Below are positions 25,847 to 32,000 of a stretch of DNA of 32,000 nucleotides, one piece after another. Under the pieces are notes generated by a model, which did not search any database, was not told where the DNA came from, and saw only the letters and a list, made by a program, of their open reading frames with translations. How positions within the stretch are numbered: position 1 is the first letter of the stretch; each line of letters opens with the position of its first letter. This stretch comes from Candidatus Electronema halotolerans (GTDB taxonomy: Bacteria > Desulfobacterota > Desulfobulbia > Desulfobulbales > Desulfobulbaceae). Where the stretch lies: NCBI GenBank assembly GCA_942493095.1, contig OW818675.1, positions 2,910,001 to 2,942,000 of the forward strand. The letters run 5' to 3'. The position numbers and the translations under genes were made by a program.

Positions 25847-26464
25847 TAGAATCACGAGCAGTTGCTTTGGATTCAGTGGGGTCAATGGGTGGTGCTCAAC
25901 GCCTTTCGGCATCAAAGATAGAATCACGGGGCAAAGAAAAAAATCTTCGATGCTTCCATGAAAGTGCTCAACGCCTTTCGGCATCAAAGATAGAATCACA
26001 TCCTCAACAGCGCGGAGATGCTGTCGAGGTAGTGTGCTCAACGCCTTTCGGCATCAAAGATAGAATCACTCACGCTCTGACTCAACCTGCGCGTACATCC
26101 TCATAGTGCTCAACGCCTTTCGGCATCAAAGATAGAATCACGCCTTTCGCTGGCGATCACTGAGCCAAGAATAGGGGTGCTCAACGCCTTTCGGCATCAA
26201 AGATAGAATCACGTAATCTTGTAGCCTGCTCCGGCATGGTTATCAAGTGCTCAACGCCTTTCGGCATCAAAGATAGAATCACAGTACTCCCTGTTTTGCT
26301 GACATCTGCTCCAGTGAGTGCTCAACGCCTTTCGGCATCAAAGATAGAATCACTACCACAAACTCTTTCAGGTACTCAGCACAGCAAAGTGCTCAACGCC
26401 TTTCGGCATCAAAGATAGAATCACGCGCCCTTGTCTGTGGTAGGTTACGCCTACGCTGTGTGCT

Positions 26465-27352
26465 GGTAATGGTGAATCGTGAGTGATGGGTTGAAAATAT
26501 GTTGAAATTGATGGAAAATATAATATACTGGCGGCAAGGGATGCTCTCTGTCCCATCGGCTCTTCGTCGGATGCGCATGTCAAGCCGTCATTATGAAAAA
26601 AACAAACATGGAGAAGAAAGCTGTGCAATGCCCAAGATGTGGTTCATCAGTCATTGTGAAAAATGGCTCCAATGCGAATGGGAAAAAGAAATTTTTATGT
26701 AAGGACTGCTCACGTCAATTCGTTGAGAATCCTCAGAACAAAACAATATCTGATGCTGAATGGCGCATAGTTGATAAGCTTCTTGTTGAAAGAATCTCAT
26801 TGGCTGGGATTGCGAGAGCCGTTTCCATCTCAAAAAGATGGCTTCAGGAATATGTTAAAAAAAAACGAAATGAAGTCAAAAAAGAGGCTTTCAATATGTC
26901 CCGCAACGGAAAAATCTTCATCGAAGCCGATGAAATGTGGACTTTCGTTGGTGACAAGGAAAATGATATTTGGATATGGCTTGCTATCGAGAGAAGAACA
27001 AAGCTTATTGTCGGGTATCATGTTGGAAAAAGAGATAATGCAGGAGCAGCCGCCTTGTGGGACTCCCTTTCTGAAGATTGCAAAAAGAACGGAATATTTT
27101 TTACGGATGGACTCGCCGCTTATTCGAGCGTGTTTCCAGCTGAAAGGCATAGAATTGTCAGCAAAGGAAGCGGAAAAACAAGTCATATCGAAAGGCTCAA
27201 TTTGACATTCAGACAAAGATTGTCTGCACTTGTCAGAAAGACCATTTCATTTTCGAGAAGCATCGAAAATTTAACTGCATCTGTCTGGAGGTTCATTCAA
27301 GATTATAATAATAATCTTTTGTTTAATTGATCACTCACAGTTCACCATCACC
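26465..27352 (+). mobile_element. IS1-family insertion sequence (888 bp) inserted in CRISPR repeat 20
   Basis: The terminal inverted repeats are GGTAATGGTGAATCGTGAGTGAT (left) and GGTGATGGTGAACTGTGAGTGAT (right, reverse complement), which start GGT(A/G)ATG as in IS1. The 7-bp direct repeat GTGTGCT flanks it at 26458-26464 and 27353-27359. It contains a single transposase ORF. Confidence 0.9.
26593..27330 (+). CDS. IS1-family transposase (fused InsA-InsB type, single ORF)
   Basis: It has an N-terminal zinc finger (CPRCGSS...CKDC), an HTH-like region (ISLAGIARAVSISKRWL) and a DDE-domain block (FIEADEMWTFVGDKENDIWIWLAIER...FFTDGLAAY...KTSHIERLNLTFRQRL). The stop codon lies in the right inverted repeat. 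Confidence 0.88.
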   Translation: MKKTNMEKKAVQCPRCGSSVIVKNGSNANGKKKFLCKDCSRQFVENPQNKTISDAEWRIVDKLLVERISLAGIARAVSISKRWLQEYVKKKRNEVKKEAFNMSRNGKIFIEADEMWTFVGDKENDIWIWLAIERRTKLIVGYHVGKRDNAGAAALWDSLSEDCKKNGIFFTDGLAAYSSVFPAERHRIVSKGSGKTSHIERLNLTFRQRLSALVRKTISFSRSIENLTASVWRFIQDYNNNLLFN

Positions 27353-28355
27353 GTGTGCTCAACGCCTTTCGGCATCAAAGATAGAATCACATGCTGCACC
27401 TGCGGGAAGCTGTACATGGAACCGGTGCTCAACGCCTTTCGGCATCAAAGATAGAATCACCGTTACAAGACGGCTAATCAAGTCTGCTGACTCAGGTGCT
27501 CAACGCCTTTCGGCATCAAAGATAGAATCACAAGCCCCAAGGCGCGTTTGTGAGAATAGTTATCAATTGCTCAACGCCTTTCGGCATCAAAGATAGAATC
27601 ACTTGGTTGACTGGATTAAAAATAACAGGTATTCTGTTTGCTCAACGCCTTTCGGCATCAAAGATAGAATCACAAAGGTAGAGGGCAACCGATCAAAGGA
27701 AAAAACTTTTGCTCAACGCCTTTCGGCATCAAAGATAGAATCACAGCCCTTCCTGCAGCCCTCTGCTGACGGGCTGCGCAGCACGACAAATCAAGCTGGC
27801 CTGCTGTTCTGTTTCCGCTGCTTGCAAAACAAGCAATTCTTTCCACCCTCCTTTTGCTCAGGTTAATGATTTCAGATGAAAAAATCCACATTCAAGCACC
27901 TGCTGCCCCTGTCGGCGGTCAAAATCAGCCGCAGCCGCAGCACCTTGCCGCCGCTGCCTGCAACCGTGCTGATACTATCATGAATATCCATGAATTGGCA
28001 AGCGGATATTTATATCAGGCTGCTGAATTTTTGGTATTCTCCCTCTTGAGAATTGCTAAATAATTGTTTATCCTTCTGTGTCTGTCAACCTCTTTCTTAA
28101 AGAGCAGCATGGTTGTTATCGGGAAACAACACGCAACAGGGTGACGAGCAGCAATTCCTCCCGAAAAAAATTCATGCCGTCACACACCACAAGGCTTCGC
28201 GCTGAAGGTGATCAGCATTCAGCCTCTATGAATAGGCAGCAAGTTGGGTTACAATAAAAATCACAAAGCGACACTGACCACTTTCTACCGGGCGGCTCAC
28301 AGCTTGTCTGTCTGTCTGCCTGTTTGGATGAACACTGCCTGCCACAGGAGAAAAC

Positions 28356-28601
28356 ATGAATTCCCTTGCAACTGCTGCGACATTTTTCGGCTGGGCAACC
28401 CTGATCAACATTGTTTTGCTGCTGATTGCGGTGCTGGCCATAACATTTCTCCGCTGCCCAATAGCAAAAATTCACAGCAGGCTGTTGGGTATGAACGAGG
28501 CGGAGCTGGCTCCTCTGTATTTTCAGTATTTGGCCAATTACAAGCTCTTGGTCATCATCTTCAATCTGGTGCCGTATGTTGCCTTGAAGATTATGCTCTG
28601 A
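28356..28601 (+). CDS. small integral membrane protein (hypothetical)
   Basis: The RBS is AGGAGAAAAC before the ATG. The 81-aa product has two clear hydrophobic helices (FFGWATLINIVLLLIAVLAITF; LLVIIFNLVPYVALKIM). It ends 2 nt before the next gene. Confidence 0.55.
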   Translation: MNSLATAATFFGWATLINIVLLLIAVLAITFLRCPIAKIHSRLLGMNEAELAPLYFQYLANYKLLVIIFNLVPYVALKIML

Positions 28602-28603
28602 CC

Positions 28604-29128
28604 ATGCTTGCTTATCTTAAAAGCAATCTGCTCGCAGGTTGCAGGATATGTCCTTTCAGTCAGAGGATAAATTTGTCTCTGCTGCTGCTGATCGGCTTTG
28701 CCTGCTTGGCAGCTGCGGTCGGCTTGAGCGGCAATCTCTTCCACTGGCAAATTTTAGATTCGGATATTGTCTATATCCTGCCGTTCTCCCTCTTCATTTT
28801 TCCCGTTTTCCTTGAAGAGGCATTTTTTCGCGGCATCCTGATCCCGAACAAAATCAAAGAAAAAGGCGGAAAAGCTGTTCTTGCGACAACGCTGTTCAGT
28901 GCCGCAGCCTTCACGCTCTGGCATCCGCTCAACGCGCTGACTGTGAATCCCGGCGCACAGGAACTGTTTCTCAATCCGCATTTTCTTTTCATCGTCTTCT
29001 GTCTGGGCATTACATGCAGTCTGTCGTACATCTTCTCCCAGTCGCTCTGGATGCCGATTTTCATTCATTGGCTCACCGTCCTGATCTGGGTTGTCTTTCT
29101 TGGCGGCAGAAATCTTGTTCTGGCATAA
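28604..29128 (+). CDS. CPBP (CAAX protease / Abi) family intramembrane metalloprotease
   Basis: Start at ATG 28604 (MLAYLK...). The long track ORF from 28244 is an upstream extension overlapping the previous gene. Motifs are EEAFFRG (EExxxR), FTLWH (FxxxH) and a later IFIHW histidine in TM helices. Confidence 0.75.
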   Translation: MLAYLKSNLLAGCRICPFSQRINLSLLLLIGFACLAAAVGLSGNLFHWQILDSDIVYILPFSLFIFPVFLEEAFFRGILIPNKIKEKGGKAVLATTLFSAAAFTLWHPLNALTVNPGAQELFLNPHFLFIVFCLGITCSLSYIFSQSLWMPIFIHWLTVLIWVVFLGGRNLVLA

Positions 29129-29162
29129 CGGTCTCACCTGACAAGCAACGGAAACTACTACA

Positions 29163-29657
29163 ATGAGCAAAATGATGAAATTGGTCCGCTGGCTCTGCTG
29201 TCTGCACTGGCTCCTGCCTGTCTCCGCCTCAGCCCAGACGTGGCAGGGCGAGGTGGTCAAAGTCTCGGACGGCGACACCCTGCATGTGCAGAAAGGCCGG
29301 GAAGTCGTCAAGGTGCGGCTCTACGGCGTTGACTGCCCGGAGAAACGGCAGAGCTTTGGCTCGCAGGCGACGCAGTTCACGCAGGAGTTTATTTTGCGCA
29401 AAAAGGCAACAGTGGAGACTGTTGACATTGACCGCTATGGCCGCACGGTCGGCTTGGTCAGCAGCGGGCGCAAATTGCTCAACCGGGAGCTGGTCCGGGC
29501 CGGTTATGCGTGGACCTATCCTGCCTACTGCAAAAAGCAGCCGCTCTGCAATGAATTGAGCGAGCTGGAGGAAAAGGCGCGGAAGCGGAAGGCGGGCCTC
29601 TGGCAGGAGAGAAAGCCGCTCCCGCCTTGGGAATGGCGGAAAAGGCAGCAGCGATGA
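29163..29657 (+). CDS. secreted thermonuclease (staphylococcal nuclease/SNase-like)
   Basis: It has a signal peptide (WLLPVSASAQT). VSDGDTLHV....VRLYGVDCPE....DRYGRTVG...NRELVRAGYAW and a C-terminal GLWQ follow the SNase-fold motif order. Confidence 0.8.
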   Translation: MSKMMKLVRWLCCLHWLLPVSASAQTWQGEVVKVSDGDTLHVQKGREVVKVRLYGVDCPEKRQSFGSQATQFTQEFILRKKATVETVDIDRYGRTVGLVSSGRKLLNRELVRAGYAWTYPAYCKKQPLCNELSELEEKARKRKAGLWQERKPLPPWEWRKRQQR

Positions 29658-30076
29658 ATGCCGCCAACCCGGCCCGGCTGGCTGATATTTTCACCTGCGC
29701 CCGCTGCGGCTTCTGCTGTCAGGGGGAAACCACGGTCTCGCTTGATCAGGATGATCAGGAGCGGATGATTCGTGCGCTCGGTCTGTCCCGGCAGGAGGTG
29801 GAGGAACAATACTGGCGCGTGACCGGCACGGTGGTGCAGATGAAAATAGTTGATCATCACTGCATTTTTTACAGCCCAGAAAGCGGCTGCACCATCCATG
29901 AGGGCCGTCCGTGGCGGTGCGGCCAGTGGCCTCTGCATCCAAGCATTCTGACCGATGAAAACAATTTCCGCACCATCCGCGAGTCCTGCCCCGGCATCAA
30001 CCAAGAGATCAGCTGGGAGCAGTTCTGCGCCGTGTTCAGACAGCTTTTAGAACAGGAAGGAAGGCTGCGCTGCTGA
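29654..30076 (+). CDS. YkgJ-family cysteine-cluster protein (UPF0153)
   Basis: Start at ATG 29654, overlapping the nuclease TGA (ATGA). CARCGFCCQGE...HHCIFY...GCTIHEGRPWRCGQWP is the YkgJ/FliB-type Cys pattern. Confidence 0.7.
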   Translation: MNAANPARLADIFTCARCGFCCQGETTVSLDQDDQERMIRALGLSRQEVEEQYWRVTGTVVQMKIVDHHCIFYSPESGCTIHEGRPWRCGQWPLHPSILTDENNFRTIRESCPGINQEISWEQFCAVFRQLLEQEGRLRC

Positions 30077-30146
30077 TCAGTTTGCTTTTGTTTGAAAAAA
30101 ATGATGCGTGACACGTGAAGACCGCCAGGATTTTTTTGTTTTTTCC

Positions 30147-30175
30147 TTGATATTTTTTGCATTTTGTTTTATGTT
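30147..30175 (+). promoter_or_regulatory. candidate sigma70 promoter for the secreted repeat-protein cluster
   Basis: TTGATA (30147-30152), a 17-nt T-rich spacer, then TATGTT (30170-30175). It lies about 55 nt upstream of the ATG at 30232 in an AT-rich intergenic region. Confidence 0.4.
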
Positions 30176-30231
30176 AAAAGTAGGTGGAGGTGTGGAAACT
30201 GGCAGTTGTTCTCAGTCAAAAGGAGATCAAG

Positions 30232-30678
30232 ATGTGGAAAAAAATGAGTGTCGCAATAGTGTTGGGGCTGTCCCTCAGCCCTTCGGCAGTCATGGCCACG
30301 ACTGAGCCGTTCAGTCCTTTTGCAGGTATTGTGGAAGGAATTGCTCAGAGCATGGCCGCTGGCAGCTATGCAAGCGAGTCAAATTATGACGGTGACACCA
30401 CCGGCAATGGTGCCCGCATGGCAGGCAACGTGATCATCGGCAGTGAAATGGACAGCCAGCAGCAGGTTGCGGTTGTTGAAGGCACAGTCAGTCTGACGAT
30501 GAACGGCAGCAGTGACACTGCTCAGGCGCTGAACTATAACAAGCATAATGGCGGCACAGAGCTGCCAGTGCTGATCATGCAGGGCGCAACCATCAGCGGG
30601 GGTGTTGAGATGGCTTCGTCCAACAGCCAAGGATCTGAGCAGGGCATCAATGTGGTGATCGGCGACAGCGGTCTGTAA
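30232..30678 (+). CDS. secreted Q/N/G/S-rich repeat protein, paralogue 1
   Basis: Start at ATG 30232 after AAGGAG. The signal peptide is MWKKMSVAIVLGLSLSPSAVMA. It contains ESNYDGDTTGNG..AGNVIIG, VAVVEGTVSLTMNGSSDTAQALNYN and SSNSQGSEQGINVVIG, and is clearly paralogous to the next gene. Confidence 0.65.
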   Translation: MWKKMSVAIVLGLSLSPSAVMATTEPFSPFAGIVEGIAQSMAAGSYASESNYDGDTTGNGARMAGNVIIGSEMDSQQQVAVVEGTVSLTMNGSSDTAQALNYNKHNGGTELPVLIMQGATISGGVEMASSNSQGSEQGINVVIGDSGL

Positions 30679-30798
30679 ATGCTTATGGCATGCAGGCTGG
30701 ATATTGCCGTTTCTGTCAGCACTGCGGCTGAAGACCTGAGTGCGGGTTGAGCAGGGAGGAGACTTGCGCCATATTCCGACTGTCAAAGGAGTCCGAGC

Positions 30799-31245
30799 AT
30801 GGAGGGAAAAATTTGTTTAATCATCATCTCTTTGGCAGGATTGGCCTTTGAGCTGCTGAGTCCTCTCAGAGCTGTGGCAGCGGACATGTCAGTGTTTGAT
30901 CAGTTTGCTGATGCGTTTGGCAGCGGTCTGTTTCAAGGCGTGATGATCAACAGCGAGTTGAGCTTGGAATCCAATTACAGCAGCGGTAATTTGCAGGGAA
31001 TAAACATTATCGCAGGCAATTACAATGTGAATGCTGTCCAGGTTGTGGCGGTGACAAGTGATGTTTCCCTCAGTCTCTCAGGGGGAGAAAATGCTGTGCA
31101 GGCCCTCAACATCTATCAGGGCAGCGCGGACGGAATAACTCAGATCGCTGTTATTGACGGTTCGGTGAGCATGACTTCATCCAACAGCAGTGGTGGAATT
31201 CAGGGCATCAATGTCATCACAGAGTCCTGCGATTCCTGCAATTGA
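30799..31245 (+). CDS. secreted Q/N/G/S-rich repeat protein, paralogue 2
   Basis: AAGGAG is followed by a 7-nt spacer before the ATG. The signal-like N-terminus is LIIISLAGLAFELLSPLRAVAA. It contains ESNYSSGNLQGINIIAGN, VQVVAVTSDVSLSLSGGENAVQALNIYQG, ITQIAVIDGSVSMTSSNSSGGIQGINVI and a C-terminal CDSC. Confidence 0.65.
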   Translation: MEGKICLIIISLAGLAFELLSPLRAVAADMSVFDQFADAFGSGLFQGVMINSELSLESNYSSGNLQGINIIAGNYNVNAVQVVAVTSDVSLSLSGGENAVQALNIYQGSADGITQIAVIDGSVSMTSSNSSGGIQGINVITESCDSCN

Positions 31246-31589
31246 TGATTATGAAAAAACTGCTTTTTATTCTTGCAGTGGCTGTCTGCTCCTTCCCGCT
31301 TCAGCAGAGCCACGCGGATGACATCAGAATTGCCTCGATTCCAGATGTGAATGTGACTCCAAGTTTGGAGTCTGTTCTCAGGCAGAAAGACAGCATCCTC
31401 CAAGAAACACAGGAAACAACTGGACAGGAAGCGCAGATCAGCACGAACGGATATGTGCTGGATAACGGCAACATTGTGGTTGACAATCTTGCGGAGCCGA
31501 AATGCGTCTTTTATGGCAATTACAATGATGGCTCCGGCGATGCGTTTCAATATATTGACATTGACACCTTAGTGCTTAACTGCCAGTAA
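31245..31589 (+). CDS. small secreted protein (hypothetical), third gene of the cluster
   Basis: ATG 31245 overlaps the previous TGA by 1 nt (ATG 31251 is an alternative). The signal peptide is MKKLLFILAVAVCSFPLQQSHA. No family was recognised. Confidence 0.55.
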   Translation: MIMKKLLFILAVAVCSFPLQQSHADDIRIASIPDVNVTPSLESVLRQKDSILQETQETTGQEAQISTNGYVLDNGNIVVDNLAEPKCVFYGNYNDGSGDAFQYIDIDTLVLNCQ

Positions 31590-31695
31590 GTTCCTCCAAG
31601 CGGGAGCCGCAGTCTCATCTCTTTTTCTTCTTTCCTCCCACTCCCACAGCTCCGATGAGAACAATTTCCGTTTTCGTTTAAGGCAGGAGTCAACT

Positions 31696-32000
31696 GTGTT
31701 TTGCCGGGCCAGCAGTCTGAAGATCACGACACCTTGCATCAAGGCGGCTTGGCTGACAGGCGCGGTTCTCCTCATGTTCGCCTTGGCTGGCTGTATCAAT
31801 ACCAGTGTCACGGCCCTATCCAACATCACTGCCGAAACCCCCCAGCCTGCTCTGACCAATCTCACTGAAACCTTGAAGTGCATGGGCGGGAAGATCAACC
31901 AGTCGGACATGAAAGGCATTCTCCTGCTGGTGGATGATTTTTATGACGGCACTGTTCCGGTGCTCTCGGAAAGCAGAGCGGCATTGCTCCGTCAGCCCAG
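31696..32000 (+). CDS. lipoprotein, truncated by the window end (N-terminal region reminiscent of CsgG/LpoB-type lipoproteins)
   Basis: It is not in the ORF track because it is open-ended. A GTG at 31696 lies 6 nt after AGGAG. Hand translation gives MFCRASSLKITTPCIKAAWLTGAVLLMFALAGCINTS...LTETLKCMGGKINQSDMKGILLLVDDFYDGTVPVL, with lipobox LAGC. The hydrophobic strand followed by D..(N/D)GT resembles the first strand of CsgG (GKIFVSVYNIQDETG) and LpoB (GSVLLVDSVNNRTNG). Confidence 0.5.
   Translation, partial: MFCRASSLKITTPCIKAAWLTGAVLLMFALAGCINTSVTALSNITAETPQPALTNLTETLKCMGGKINQSDMKGILLLVDDFYDGTVPVLSESRAALLRQP

Larger units (their letters stand above)
24851..27744. CRISPR. CRISPR array with 25 repeats and 24 spacers, interrupted by three mobile elements; no cas genes in the window
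   Basis: The 36-nt repeat is GTGCTCAACGCCTTTCGGCATCAAAGATAGAATCAC (first base T in 5 copies). Repeat starts: 24851 (degenerate in its first 10 nt), 24923, 24994, 25064, 25134 (split), 25332, 25403, 25475, 25547, 25621, 25692 (split), 25892, 25964, 26034, 26106, 26177, 26247, 26318, 26389, 26460 (split; resumes at 27360), 27425, 27496, 27567, 27638, 27709. Spacers are unique and 34-38 nt. Transcription is probably on the minus strand (see findings). Confidence 0.97.

Noticed and set aside
27854-27889. A possible 26th, highly degenerate repeat: it is exactly 36 nt, starts TTGCTCA and ends ATCCAC.
   Set aside because: Only 15 of 36 positions match the consensus. It would be separated from repeat 25 by a 109-nt 'spacer'. 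This is most likely chance similarity within the leader region.
24750-27891. The track ORFs across the CRISPR array (e.g. 24750-25223, 25374-25667, 25819-26106, 27327-27596, and minus-strand 24776-24964 and 26368-26628) have recurring peptides STPFGIKDRIT / AQRLSASKIES / ILSLMPKGVEH.
   Set aside because: The repeated peptides are simply the 36-nt CRISPR repeat translated in different frames. The periodicity equals repeat plus spacer, so these are not genes.
29163-30076. The SNase-like nuclease and the Cys-cluster YkgJ protein as unusual cas genes (Cas4-like, or a nuclease associated with the array).
   Set aside because: The nuclease has a signal peptide and the staphylococcal-nuclease motif order. 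YkgJ has its own well-defined Cys pattern. Neither resembles Cas1, Cas2, Cas4 or Cas6, and both lie more than 1.4 kb from the array.
31569-31919. Minus-strand ORF of 116 aa at the right end.
   Set aside because: It overlaps the plus-strand lipoprotein gene, which has AGGAG-6 nt-GTG and a signal peptide with an LAGC lipobox. The minus-strand product has no features.

Overview
This is a 32-kb bacterial chromosomal window that looks G+C-rich by eye (not computed). All family calls come from reading motifs in the supplied translations; no searches were run. The multihaem/NrfD redox genes, the DUF4388 regulator and the carbamoyltransferase trio suggest an anaerobic Desulfobacterota-like organism, but that is inference only.

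Most of the window is conserved or housekeeping: proA(3' end)-nadD, a methyltransferase/ATP-grasp fusion coupled to an endonuclease-V-like gene, yjbQ, a DUF3015/DUF4105 pair, a tandem Usp, an MBL-fold protein, an atypical receiver/DUF4388 regulator, carbamoyltransferase-SxtJ-DUF5989, gltA, thpR, tRNA-Cys, rnc, a trypsin-like protease, a radical-SAM protein, and a small-TM/4Fe-4S/NrfD/tetrahaem cytochrome operon.

Four accessory regions stand out:
1. An AT-rich single-gene island (666-1859) encodes a TIR-domain protein and sits 28 bp after nadD.
2. A 25-repeat CRISPR array (24851-27744; 36-nt repeat GTGCTCAACGCCTTTCGGCATCAAAGATAGAATCAC) lies directly downstream of a tRNA-Lys/tRNA-Glu pair, with no cas gene anywhere in the window.
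3. The array is interrupted three times by mobile DNA. Two 100% identical 126-bp MITE-like elements sit in opposite orientations at exactly the same TA of repeats 5 and 11. An 888-bp IS1-family element sits in repeat 20 with a 7-bp target duplication.
4. At the right end, two paralogous secreted Q/N/G/S-rich repeat proteins, a third small secreted protein and a truncated lipoprotein form a cluster. I interpret it tentatively as a curli-like or other extracellular fibre/secretion locus.

The MITE pair homing to a CRISPR repeat is the most unusual thing I can see directly in the sequence.
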